DNA from: Anaeromyxobacter sp.
GTDB lineage: Bacteria; Myxococcota; Myxococcia; Myxococcales; Anaeromyxobacteraceae
NCBI GenBank assembly: GCA_049840735.1
Contig: JASGJN010000013.1
Coordinates: forward strand, 448,001 to 512,000
DNA: 64,000 nucleotides
Direction: 5' to 3'
Below the pieces are notes generated by a model. It had not been told where the DNA came from. It made no database searches and was given only the letters and a program-made list of their open reading frames with translations. The position numbers and the translations under genes are program-made. Of this stretch, positions 50,263 to 59,740 are shown one piece after another; within the stretch, counting starts at the first letter, position 1; the number at the start of each line of letters is the position of its first letter.

Positions 50263-51345
50263 ATGAAGACCCCGCTCACCGCCCTCACCATCGCCCTCGC
50301 CCTCGCCCTCGCCCCCTTCTCCCGCCCAGCCGCGGCCGACAAGCCCGCCGTCATCCGCATCGGCGTGGCCTCCATCGGCACCGGCGGTCGGCCGGTCACC
50401 GGCTGGTCCTCCGTCTCGGTGGTGGCCGACAACGGCTCCCTGGAGCAGGAGTTCAAGGCCGACGGGATCCAGGTCAAGTGGACCTACTTCTCCGGGGCCG
50501 GCCCGGCCGTCAACGAGGCGCTGGCCAACGGCCAGCTCGACTTCGCCTTTCAGGGTGACCTGCCCGCCCTGGTGGCCAGGGGCGGCGGGCTCCCCACCAA
50601 GCTGCTGGTGGCCAGCAGCCGCTTCGACCCCATCTACACCGCGGTGCCGGCCGACTCCCCGGCCCGGAGCCTGGAGGACCTCAAGGGCAAGCGCATCGCG
50701 GTCTTCAAGGGCACCAACCTGCAGCTGGCGTTCTGGAGCGTGCTGGCGTCCAAGGGGCTCAAGGACACCGACTTCAAGATCATCAACATGAGCACCTACG
50801 ACGGCAACGCGGCGCTGCTGTCGAAGGACATCGACGCCCAGGTGACCGGCCCGGACATCTTCCCGCTGGTGGAGCGCGGCGTGGCCCGCGTCGTCCACTC
50901 CACGCAGGGCGACGCCCTGACCGGACGCCTCACGCACCTGCTGGTGCTGGAGCCGTTCGAGAAGAGGTACCCGGACGTCGTGCAGCGCGTGGTGAACGTG
51001 GTGCTGCGCGACACCGCCTGGCTCTCGGACGAGCGGAACCGCGCCCGGGCGTACCAGATCTGGACCAAGAGCGGCCTGGGCCTGCCGGCGTGGAAGGGCG
51101 ACTGGGACGCGTACGTGCTGGCCGACCGCTCCTCGCCGCTCTTCGACGAGTTCTTCCGCGCCCAGTACAAGCGGCTGCTGGCGCGCGGCCGGGAGCTGAA
51201 GCTCATCCGCAAGGACTTCGACGTTGATGCCTGGCTGGACGCGAGCTACCAGCGACGCGGGCTCGCGGCGCTGGGGCTCGAGACCTTCTGGCGCGAGCAG
51301 GACGCCGAGGGCAAGCCGAAGCCGCAGCCGGTGGTGAAGAAGTAG
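50263..51345 (+). CDS. SsuA/TauA-like ABC substrate-binding protein
   Basis: GAGPAVNEALANGQLDFA, GDLP, DLKGKRIAVFKGT. Confidence 0.88.
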   Translation: MKTPLTALTIALALALAPFSRPAAADKPAVIRIGVASIGTGGRPVTGWSSVSVVADNGSLEQEFKADGIQVKWTYFSGAGPAVNEALANGQLDFAFQGDLPALVARGGGLPTKLLVASSRFDPIYTAVPADSPARSLEDLKGKRIAVFKGTNLQLAFWSVLASKGLKDTDFKIINMSTYDGNAALLSKDIDAQVTGPDIFPLVERGVARVVHSTQGDALTGRLTHLLVLEPFEKRYPDVVQRVVNVVLRDTAWLSDERNRARAYQIWTKSGLGLPAWKGDWDAYVLADRSSPLFDEFFRAQYKRLLARGRELKLIRKDFDVDAWLDASYQRRGLAALGLETFWREQDAEGKPKPQPVVKK

Positions 51346-51358
51346 CCCCGAGGTCGCC

Positions 51359-52273
51359 ATGCCCCCCGAGATCACCTTCCCGGCGGCCCTGCAGCGGCCG
51401 CCGCCGCGGGCGTCCCACGCGGCGCTGGCCGTGCCGGCCCCCGCCGCCCCCGCCGTGCGCACGCGGCGCACCCCTGGCGCCTGGGCCTTCGCGCGCGCCC
51501 TCCGGACGTCGGCGCGCCGGGCCACCGTCCCGGCGGCGGGCCTGGCGCTGCCGCTGGCGCTCCTGGGGGCCTGGCACCTCTCAGCCGCCCACGGCTGGGT
51601 CTCGCCGCTGATCCTGCCGCCGCCCGCCGACGTGCTGGCCACCTTCCTCGATTGCTGGCGCGACGGGACCATCTCCGGCCACCTGGCCGTCAGCAGCGTC
51701 CGGGTGATGCGCGGCTTCGGCTACGGCGCCGGCGCCGGGCTGCTGCTGGGGGGCGCCCTGGGCGCCTGCCCCGCCCTGCGGGCCTACGTCCGTCCCACGC
51801 TGATGGCCGTCTACCAGGTCAACGCCATGGCCTGGCTCCCGCTCCTCATCCTGGTGTTCGGCATCGACGAGCCGCTCAAGACGGCCGTCATCACCCTGGC
51901 CACGCTGCTGCCCGTCACCGCCAACACCATGCAGGCGCTGGCGGCCATCCCCGAGCGCTGGCTCGAGCTGGCGCGGGTCCACGGGCTGGGGCGGCTGGCC
52001 ACGCTCCGCCGGGTGGTCGTCCCGGCCGCGCTGCCGGCGCTGTTCACCGGGCTGCGCGGCGGCCTGGCCGCCGCCTGGCAGTCGCTGGTGATCGTGGAGC
52101 TGGTCGCCTCCAGCGAGGGCATCGGCTTCATGGTGGTGTGGGGCCGGCAGCTCTTCCAGCTGGACGTGGTGCTGGTGGCCATCGTGCTCATCGGCGCGGT
52201 CGGCCTGGCCCTCGATCTCGTCCTCTCCACCCTCGACCGGCGCCTGCACCTGTGGCAGCGCGCGGCCTGGTGA
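51359..52273 (+). CDS. SsuC-like ABC permease
   Basis: LPPPADV, AWLPLLILVFG, PAALPALFTGLR, SSEGIG. Confidence 0.88.
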   Translation: MPPEITFPAALQRPPPRASHAALAVPAPAAPAVRTRRTPGAWAFARALRTSARRATVPAAGLALPLALLGAWHLSAAHGWVSPLILPPPADVLATFLDCWRDGTISGHLAVSSVRVMRGFGYGAGAGLLLGGALGACPALRAYVRPTLMAVYQVNAMAWLPLLILVFGIDEPLKTAVITLATLLPVTANTMQALAAIPERWLELARVHGLGRLATLRRVVVPAALPALFTGLRGGLAAAWQSLVIVELVASSEGIGFMVVWGRQLFQLDVVLVAIVLIGAVGLALDLVLSTLDRRLHLWQRAAW

Positions 52274-52276
52274 CGC

Positions 52277-53059
52277 ATGTCCGCCCAACTCCTCCGCGCG
52301 CTGCGCCCGCTGCTCATCCCATCCCTGGTCCTGGCCGCCTGGGCGCTGGCGGTCCATCGTCACCTGGCGCCTCCCGAGCTCCTCCCGCCCATCGGCGCGG
52401 TGGGACGCGCTGGCGCCGAGCAGCTGGACGGCGGACGGCTGTGGGCCGCGGTGGCGGCCAGCCTCACCCGGACCGTGCTGGGGTTCGCGCTGGCCGCGGC
52501 GGCCGGGCTGGCGCTGGGGCTCGGCATGGGCATGTCACGCTGGACCGCGCGCATCGCCGGACCGACCTTCCACGCCTACCGGCAGGTGGCGGTCTTCGCC
52601 TGGATCCCGCTCATCTCGGCCTGGTTCGGAGGGGGCGAGTCCACCAAGGTGGCCTTCATCGCCGTGGCCGCGGTCACGCCCATCACCTTCAACGCGCTGG
52701 AGGGGGTCCGGGCGGTGGCGCGCGAGCACGTGGAGCTGGCCCGCGCGCTGGAGGTCGGCCGCCTCCGCCTGGTGACGCAGGTGATCCTCCCAGCCGCCGC
52801 GCCGCAGCTCCTCACCGGCCTGCACCTCGGGCTGGTGACCGCCTGGCTGGCCACCTTCGGCTCCGAGTTCTTCCTGCAGATCGCGCCGGGCGTGGGCCCC
52901 ATCCTCGTCGAGGGGCGCGCGCTGGGCCGGATGGACCTGGTCCTGTTCGGGATCGCCGTGATCGGCCTCGTCGGCGCCGGCCTCAACGCCGTGATGTTCG
53001 CGATCGAGCACCTGGCGCTGCGCTGGCGCCCGCCGCGCCGCGCGGCCGGCACCGCCTGA
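52277..53059 (+). CDS. Second SsuC-like ABC permease
   Basis: FAWIPLISAWFG, PAAAPQLLTGL, GRMDLV. Confidence 0.88.
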   Translation: MSAQLLRALRPLLIPSLVLAAWALAVHRHLAPPELLPPIGAVGRAGAEQLDGGRLWAAVAASLTRTVLGFALAAAAGLALGLGMGMSRWTARIAGPTFHAYRQVAVFAWIPLISAWFGGGESTKVAFIAVAAVTPITFNALEGVRAVAREHVELARALEVGRLRLVTQVILPAAAPQLLTGLHLGLVTAWLATFGSEFFLQIAPGVGPILVEGRALGRMDLVLFGIAVIGLVGAGLNAVMFAIEHLALRWRPPRRAAGTA

Positions 53060-53081
53060 TCCCCACACCCCTGGAGTCCCC

Positions 53082-53889
53082 ATGCCCGCCCTGATCCATG
53101 CCCCCGCCGCCTCCGCCGCCCCGCCCATCGCCGCCAGCGCCGTCATCAAGCGCTTCACCTCCGCCGCCGGGGAGGTGGTGGCGCTGGGGGGCGTGGACGT
53201 CCACGTCGCGCCCGGCGAGTTCCTCTCCGTCATCGGCGGCTCCGGCTGCGGCAAGAGCACGCTGCTCCGGATCGTGGCCGGCCTCGACGAGACCACCAGC
53301 GGCACCGTCACGGTGGACGGCGCCCCGGTCGCGGGCCCCTCGCTGGAGCGGGGGATCATGTTCCAGGACAGCCGGCTGCTGCCCTGGCTCAGCGTGGAGC
53401 GCAACGTGGGCTTCGCCCTGGAGGGCCGGCTCCCCCGGGCCGAGCGGCGCGCGCGGGTGGAGCAGGCCATCGCGCTGGTGGGCCTCACCGGCTTCGAGCG
53501 CGCCTACCCGCACCAGCTCTCGGGCGGCATGGCCCAGCGCGCCGCGCTGGCGCGGGTGCTGGTGACCCGCCCGCGCGTGCTGCTGCTGGACGAGCCGTTC
53601 GGCGCGCTCGACGCCCTCACCAAGATCCAGATGCAGCTGGAGCTGCTCCGCATCTGGGAGGCGGAGCGGGCCACGGTCCTCCTGGTCACGCACGACATCG
53701 ACGAGGCGGTCTTCCTGGGCGACCGGGTGGCCATCATGTCCAGCCGGCCGGGCACCATCCGCCGCTTCGTGGACGTGGACCTGCCGCGCCCGCGCGACCG
53801 GAGCGGCGAGGCCTTCGTCTCCATCCGCCGCACCATCTACCGCGAGTTCTTCTCCAGCGGTGAGCAGCACCCCGAGTACCAGAATCTGA
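53082..53889 (+). CDS. SsuB/TauB-like ABC ATPase (likely true end EYQI-stop at 53889; as read it extends to 53921)
   Basis: GGSGCGKST, LSGGMAQR, LDEPFGALDALT, VTHDIDEA. Confidence 0.92.
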
Positions 53890-53917
53890 CCCCCACCGCC
53901 GCCCGGAGCCCCACGCC

Positions 53918-54790
53918 ATGAGCACGCGCCCGCAGCACCTCGCCATCTACGGAAAGGGTGGCATCGGCAAGTCCACCACCACCTCCAACCTGGCGGCGGC
54001 GCTGGCCGAGGCCGGCCAGCGCGTCATCCAGATCGGCTGCGACCCCAAGAGCGACTCCACCACCACCCTGCGCGGCGGGACCTACCTGCCCACCGTCCTC
54101 GACGCCACCCGCGACGGCGGGCCGGTGAAGCTCCAGGACGTCTCGGTGGTCGGCTTCGGCGGCGTGCTCTGCATCGAGGCCGGGGGGCCGGTGCCCGGCG
54201 TGGGCTGCGCCGGGCGCGGCATCAACGCGGCCATCGAGCTCCTGAACGAGCTGCACCTGTTCGAGGAGTTCAGGCCAGACGTCGTGCTCTACGACGTCCT
54301 GGGCGACGTGGTCTGCGGCGGCTTCGCGGTCCCCATCCGCGAGGGGCTGACGGATCGCGTGTACGTGGTCACCTCCTCCGACTTCATGGCCGTCTACGCC
54401 GCGAACAACCTGTTCCGCGCCATCAACAAGTACGCCCCCTCCGGCGGCGCCAAGCTGGGCGGCATCATCGCCAACAGCGTGGCCGCCCCGTACGCGCGGT
54501 CGCTCATCGACGACTTCGCCGCGGTGACCGGCACCCGCGCCGTCCAGTACGTGCCGCGCTCCACCGCCGTGGCCCAGGCCGAGCTGTACGGCCAGACCGT
54601 CATCGAGGCCAGCCCGCGCTCGCCCCAGGCCGACGTCTACCGGGCGCTGGCCCGCTCGGTGATCGAGGATCGGAGCGCGGTCATCCCGAGGCCGCTGGCG
54701 GTGAACGATCTGCGCGCCTGGGCCCGCAAGTGGGGCGGCCTGGTGCTGGACGCCGAGCAGGGCGTCGTGGCGCAGCAGGCCGGGATCTAG
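53918..54790 (+). CDS. NifH-like Fe protein (nitrogenase-like, group IV type)
   Basis: GKGGIGKST, GCDPKSDST, PGVGCAGRG and DVLGDVVCGGF with both cluster Cys. Confidence 0.93.
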   Translation: MSTRPQHLAIYGKGGIGKSTTTSNLAAALAEAGQRVIQIGCDPKSDSTTTLRGGTYLPTVLDATRDGGPVKLQDVSVVGFGGVLCIEAGGPVPGVGCAGRGINAAIELLNELHLFEEFRPDVVLYDVLGDVVCGGFAVPIREGLTDRVYVVTSSDFMAVYAANNLFRAINKYAPSGGAKLGGIIANSVAAPYARSLIDDFAAVTGTRAVQYVPRSTAVAQAELYGQTVIEASPRSPQADVYRALARSVIEDRSAVIPRPLAVNDLRAWARKWGGLVLDAEQGVVAQQAGI

Positions 54791-54800
54791 GGGAGGCGCC

Positions 54801-56207
54801 GTGACCTCCTTGCCCGGGCGAACCGCCCCCATCCGCGAGAAGCGGGCCGGCGAGATCGCCGCCTACGCCGGGACCGCAGGCGCCCTGCTGGCCGAGGCCG
54901 GCGAGGGCGGGCTGGCGCCCCGCACCCGCACCTTCGCCCAGGACCGGCCCAGCGACGTGCAGCGGGCGCTCTCGCTGCTCCGGACCGTCGAGGGGCTCGG
55001 CGTCGTGGTGCACGGCCCCGCCGGCTGCGCGGCCAGCCTGCTGGGCGAGGAACCCGGCGCCCCCTGGGTGGTGAGCGGCCTGACGCAGCGGGACTCGATC
55101 CTGGGCGGCGACGCCAAGCTCCGCGAGGCCATCCGCCAGCTCCACGCTCCGCACCACGTCCAGGCCATCGCGGTGGTGGGCACGCCGGTGGTGGCCATCA
55201 ACAACGACGACGTCGAAGCGGTCGCCGCCGAGCTGCGCGAGGAGCTGGGGCTGCCCATCGCGCTGGTCCGCACCGACGGGTTCCGCTCACGCGTGGGGGC
55301 GACCGGCCACGACGTGGCGGTGCACGGGCTCCTCGAGCACCTGCTCCCGGTCCGCCACACCGGCCCCGGCGACCACGTGACGATCCTCACCGGCCAGGAG
55401 GGGCCGGAGGAGGTGGCCGAGGTGCGCGCGCTCCTGCAGGAGGCCGGCATCGGGGCCGTCCCCTTCCCGCGCCATGCGCGGGTGAACGAGCTGGAGGCGG
55501 TGGCCAGCGCCCGCCTCTCGGTGAGCCTCGATCCGGACGAGGCCGCCTACGCGGCCCAGGCGCTCCGGCAGCTGCGCGGCGTCCCCCACCTGGACGCGCC
55601 GCCCCCCATCGGCCTCTCGGGCACCACCCGCTGGCTGGCTGCCGTGGCCGCCGCCGCCGGCCAGGAGGAGGGCGCGGCCGAGGTGGCCGCGCAGCACGCC
55701 GCCTCGCTGGAGGCGGTGCGCGCCCGGCTCGCGCCGCACGCCGGGGCGCCCGTCTTCGTCAACCTGCCTGCGGCCTGGGCCCTGGCGGTGGGTGCGCTGG
55801 TGCGCGAGCTGGGGCTCTCGCTGGCCGGGCTGCAGGTGCCCGCGCTGGGACCGCGCCACCTGCCCGCCCTGCGCGAGCTGACGGCCGGGCAGCCGGACCT
55901 GCCGTTGCTGGTCGGCGAGGGCCAGGCCTTCGAGGAGGTGAACCTGCTCCACCGGCTGCGCCCCGCCGTCCTGGTGACGCGCGGCGCGGCGCCGGTCCAC
56001 GCGCTGCGCCTGGGCATCCCGGTGCTGGACCTGCACCGCGTGCCGCTCCTGGGCTACGCCGGCGCCCAGCGCTTCGCCGAGGAGCTCCGGCGCCGCCTGC
56101 GCTCGCAGGGGCTGGCGCGCTTCCTCGCCACGGGCGGCCCGGGCCGCTGGGCGCCGGGCTGGCTCGACCGCAGCACCCACTGGTTCATCAAGCACGAGGT
56201 GAAGTGA
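54801..56207 (+). CDS. Nitrogenase component-1 alpha-like subunit, single Cys
   Basis: VVHGPAGC, SILGGDAKL, GTPVVAINNDD, DGF, PPIG, LGYAGA; GGGGAGG RBS. Confidence 0.85.
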   Translation: MTSLPGRTAPIREKRAGEIAAYAGTAGALLAEAGEGGLAPRTRTFAQDRPSDVQRALSLLRTVEGLGVVVHGPAGCAASLLGEEPGAPWVVSGLTQRDSILGGDAKLREAIRQLHAPHHVQAIAVVGTPVVAINNDDVEAVAAELREELGLPIALVRTDGFRSRVGATGHDVAVHGLLEHLLPVRHTGPGDHVTILTGQEGPEEVAEVRALLQEAGIGAVPFPRHARVNELEAVASARLSVSLDPDEAAYAAQALRQLRGVPHLDAPPPIGLSGTTRWLAAVAAAAGQEEGAAEVAAQHAASLEAVRARLAPHAGAPVFVNLPAAWALAVGALVRELGLSLAGLQVPALGPRHLPALRELTAGQPDLPLLVGEGQAFEEVNLLHRLRPAVLVTRGAAPVHALRLGIPVLDLHRVPLLGYAGAQRFAEELRRRLRSQGLARFLATGGPGRWAPGWLDRSTHWFIKHEVK

Positions 56208-56208
56208 C

Positions 56209-57633
56209 GTGGCCACGCGCGAAGACCGGAACGGCTGCGCCCTGCAGGGCGCGCTGGAGCTCCTCGAGGCGGTGGAGGGCGCCGTGCCCATCCTGCACGC
56301 CAGCGCCGGCTGCGGCGTGGGCGGCCGCCTGGCGGCGCAGGCCGCGGCCGGCGGCCTGGGCGGGCTCTCCCCCGGCGGCGCCGCGGTCAGCAGCACGCTG
56401 CTCCAGGAGAAGCAGGTGGTGTTCGGCGGCACCTCGCGGCTGCGCGAGCAGATCAAGAACACGCTGAAGGTGGAGGCCGGCGAGCTGTACGTGGTGCTGT
56501 CCGGCTGCGTGCCGGAGATCGTCGGCGACGACGTCCCGGCCATGGTGAAGGAGGCCCGGGAGCAGCAGTTCCCGGTGCTCGGGATCGCGGCGCCCGGCTT
56601 CAAGGGGCACGCGTGGGCGGGCTACTCCCTGGCGGCCCGCGCGCTGCTGGAGCAGCTCCCGGGCCTCCTCTCCCCAGCCGCCGCGGACCCCGCGCATTCA
56701 CCTGACGTGAACCTGCTGGGCCTGGTGCCGGGCCATGACGTGGGCTGGGACGGCGACCTGCTGGAGCTGGAGGCGGCCCTGGGAGAGCTGGGGCTCCGCG
56801 CCAACCGGCTGGTGGGACTGGACCAGGGGCTCGACGCCTGGCGCGCGGCGCCCCGCGCCCGGGCCAGCCTGGTCCTGTCGCCCTGGGGGCTGGAGCCGGC
56901 GCGCGCCCTGGAGGCGGCGCACGGCGTCCCGGTGGTCGAGCTGGGCTGGCTGCCGGTGGGCAGCCGGGATCTCGGCCTGGCGCTGGCGCGGGTGGGCGCG
57001 GAGCTGCGGCTCCCGCCGGAGCAGGTGGTGGCCGCCGCCGAGCGGCTCGACGGCCGCCTGCGCCAGCTCTTGCTGCGCGCCGGTCCCAGCCTCCTGCTGG
57101 GCGGCGTCCAGCTGCGCGGCGCGGTGGTGGCGCCGAGCGCCGCCGCGGTGGGCTTGGCCCGCTTCCTGGCCGGCATCCTGGGCCAGGAGCTCGAGGCGGT
57201 GATCCTCACCGACGAGCCGCCCGAGGCGGTGCGGGCCGCCCAGGTCGAGGCCGTCCGCCAGGCCGCCGGGCCGGCCACCCGCGTCGAGTTCCTCGCCGGG
57301 TTGGCCCAGATTGAGGCCGCCCTCCGCGCGGCCGCGCCCGAGCTGGTGCTGGGCTCCGGCCTGGAAGCGCCCCTGGCGCGCGAGCTGGGGGCCGCCTTCG
57401 TCGAGCTGGCCGCCCCGCTGCGGGAGCGGACCGTCCTGCTCCGCGGCCACGCCGGCGTGGGCGGGGCCGCCGCGCTGCTCGAGCAGCTCCTCCCGGCCGT
57501 CCGGCGCGCGCGCCGGGCGCCGGGCCCCCAGGCGCTCCGGCCCGCCGCCGGAGGCGTCGATCCCCGACCGCACGGGCGAGGTGCCCGCGCCGTCACCCCG
57601 CTGCGCAGCCCCGCGCAGCTCCACCGCAGGTGA
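56209..57633 (+). CDS. Nitrogenase component-1 beta-like subunit, three Cys
   Basis: GCALQGA, PILHASAGC, VVFGG..LRE, SGCVPEIVGDD, APGFKG. Confidence 0.88.
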   Translation: MATREDRNGCALQGALELLEAVEGAVPILHASAGCGVGGRLAAQAAAGGLGGLSPGGAAVSSTLLQEKQVVFGGTSRLREQIKNTLKVEAGELYVVLSGCVPEIVGDDVPAMVKEAREQQFPVLGIAAPGFKGHAWAGYSLAARALLEQLPGLLSPAAADPAHSPDVNLLGLVPGHDVGWDGDLLELEAALGELGLRANRLVGLDQGLDAWRAAPRARASLVLSPWGLEPARALEAAHGVPVVELGWLPVGSRDLGLALARVGAELRLPPEQVVAAAERLDGRLRQLLLRAGPSLLLGGVQLRGAVVAPSAAAVGLARFLAGILGQELEAVILTDEPPEAVRAAQVEAVRQAAGPATRVEFLAGLAQIEAALRAAAPELVLGSGLEAPLARELGAAFVELAAPLRERTVLLRGHAGVGGAAALLEQLLPAVRRARRAPGPQALRPAAGGVDPRPHGRGARAVTPLRSPAQLHRR

Positions 57634-57644
57634 AGGAGAAGACC

Positions 57645-58883
57645 ATGTCCACCCTCAAGGAACGCCAGTACCAGGAGCTCGAGCAGAAGGCCCACCTCTC
57701 GCAGGAGGGCGTCACCTTCGACCCCGCCGTCTTCCAGCACCTGCCGGTGGGCAGCGAGCTGCAGGAGCAGGTCCATACACTGTTCGAGTACGACACCGAC
57801 ACCCACGTCGGCCTGGAGCTGCCGCCCTACCTGGTGCTGCCCCACGGCCTGACCGCCATCTTCAACTACAACCGGCGGTCGCCGAACCGGCTGGAGCGGG
57901 ACGGCAAGCGCTTCTACCTGGTGCGGCGCGACGGCGACGCCGTCCCGCTCGACTTCGTGAGGCGCCCGGCCTACTACGGCCGGAAGACCTCCGACGGCAC
58001 GCCCATGCGCACGGTGGCGGTCCACAACACGCTGGACGTGGTCTTCGTCGCGTACTCCAACGAGTGCTCGCTCAAGTCCACCGGCAAGGACTGCCTCTTC
58101 TGCAACATCAACGCCACGCGCGACACCTACGGCGAGGCCGACGGCGTGCGCTGGAAGTACCCGGGGCAGATTGGCGAGACCGTGGCGGCCGCCTATGCCG
58201 AGGGGGCGAAGCACGTGACCATCAGCGGCGGCTTCGTGCCGGAGCGCCGCGAGGTGGACTACTACCTGGACGTGGCCGAGAGCATCAAGCAGCACACCGG
58301 CCTGGCCGACTTCAACGGCACCGCCTGCATCGGCGCCCCGCAGGACCTCTCCATCATCGAGAAGTACCGCGAGGTGGGCTACCGCACGCTGGCCATCAAC
58401 ATCGAGGTCTGGAACGAGCACTTCTTCCGCGCCTACTGCCCCGGCAAGGAGGAGCTGTGCGGCGGGCAGAAGCACTGGATCAAGGCGCTGGAGAAGGCGG
58501 TCGAGGTCTTCGGGCGCGGGCGGGTCCGCTCCAACATGGTGGGCGGCCTGGAGTCCAAGGCCTCCACGCTGGAGGGGATTGAGGCGCTGGTCTCGCGCGG
58601 CGTCATCGCCATCTCGCCCGGCTGGTTCCCGAACCCGGGCTCGGCGCTGGAGGGCCACCGCTCCCCCGAGCCGGCCTGGCACCTCGACGTGGCGCGCAAG
58701 ACCGCCGCCATCTACCGGAAGGCCGGCTTCAGCTGGGACCAGATCTACGACGCCAACGCCGCGCCCATCACGCTGGTGCACGACATCTACCGCATCGAGG
58801 AGGGCCGCCTGCCGGCGCCGCGCACCGCGCCGGCCGAGCGCGCCGCCAACCCGCTTGCGGCGCAGGTCGAGGTGGCGCCGTGA
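57645..58883 (+). CDS. Radical SAM protein with non-canonical Cx8Cx2C motif
   Basis: CSLKSTGKDCLFC, ISGG, NIEVWN..CPGK, VGGLE; AAGGAG RBS. Confidence 0.85.
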   Translation: MSTLKERQYQELEQKAHLSQEGVTFDPAVFQHLPVGSELQEQVHTLFEYDTDTHVGLELPPYLVLPHGLTAIFNYNRRSPNRLERDGKRFYLVRRDGDAVPLDFVRRPAYYGRKTSDGTPMRTVAVHNTLDVVFVAYSNECSLKSTGKDCLFCNINATRDTYGEADGVRWKYPGQIGETVAAAYAEGAKHVTISGGFVPERREVDYYLDVAESIKQHTGLADFNGTACIGAPQDLSIIEKYREVGYRTLAINIEVWNEHFFRAYCPGKEELCGGQKHWIKALEKAVEVFGRGRVRSNMVGGLESKASTLEGIEALVSRGVIAISPGWFPNPGSALEGHRSPEPAWHLDVARKTAAIYRKAGFSWDQIYDANAAPITLVHDIYRIEEGRLPAPRTAPAERAANPLAAQVEVAP

Positions 58884-59671
58884 GCGCCGCCTCGCAGCGC
58901 GGCCCGGTGGTGATCACCGGCGGCTCGAGCGGCATCGGCGCGGCCACGGCCCGCCAGGTGGCCGCCCGCGGCTGGCCTGTGGTGGTGACCTACCGGAGCC
59001 AGCGCGCGGCGGCCGAGGCGCTGGTGACGGAGCTGCGGGCCGGCGGAGCGGAGGCGCACGCGGTCGAGGCGGACGTGGCCCGCGAGGCCGACGTGGTCCG
59101 GCTCTTCGAGGCGGTCGACCAGCTCTTCCCCGGCCGGCCGCTGGCCGGCCTGGTCAACAGCGCCGGCGTCGGCCACCCCCAGGGCGCCGTCGCGACCTTC
59201 ACCGCGGACGGGCTGGCGGCGCTCTGGGCCACCAACGTCACCGCCACCATCGTGGCCAGCCGGGAGGCCATCCGGCGTTTCGAGGGCACCTCGGGCGGCG
59301 CCATCGTCAACGTCTCCTCGATGGCCGCCACCATCGGCGGGCGCCCCGGCGCCTCGGCCTACGCCGCCTCCAAGGCGGCGGTGGACGCCTTCACGGTGGG
59401 GCTGGCCAAGGAGGTGGCGGCGCGGGGGATCCGGGTCAACGCGGTCCGCCCCGGCTACACGGTCACCGCCATGACCCGGCGCGTGACGGAGGACCCCCAG
59501 GCCCTGGCCCAGGTGTCCGCCACCATCCCCCTCCAGCGGCCGGCCACCGCGGACGAGGTCGCCCGGCCCATCGCCTGGCTGCTCTCGGAGGAGGCCTCGT
59601 TCGTCACCGGCGCGCGCCTGGACGTGTCCGGCGGCGGCTTCCTGGTGGGTGGCTTCCCCGCGGAGCGGTGA
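58880..59671 (+). CDS. Short-chain dehydrogenase/reductase
   Basis: TGGSSGIG, NSAG, YAASK, VNAVRPG. Confidence 0.93.
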   Translation: MSAASQRGPVVITGGSSGIGAATARQVAARGWPVVVTYRSQRAAAEALVTELRAGGAEAHAVEADVAREADVVRLFEAVDQLFPGRPLAGLVNSAGVGHPQGAVATFTADGLAALWATNVTATIVASREAIRRFEGTSGGAIVNVSSMAATIGGRPGASAYAASKAAVDAFTVGLAKEVAARGIRVNAVRPGYTVTAMTRRVTEDPQALAQVSATIPLQRPATADEVARPIAWLLSEEASFVTGARLDVSGGGFLVGGFPAER

Positions 59672-59740
59672 GCGCTCCCGCGCCAGCCGCCCGGCGCCGG
59701 CCGGCCTGCGCCCGCGGGCCGGCCGGACCTTGCCAGCGGC

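Noticed and set aside
53918..57633. Canonical nitrogen fixation (nifHDK)
   Set aside because: Alpha chain lacks two P-cluster Cys and the FeMo-co Cys; no nifB/E/N; context is sulfur/SAM related
53918..58883. Direct call as marBHDK
   Set aside because: No NifB-like gene and the D-like chain lacks the expected ligands; related at most
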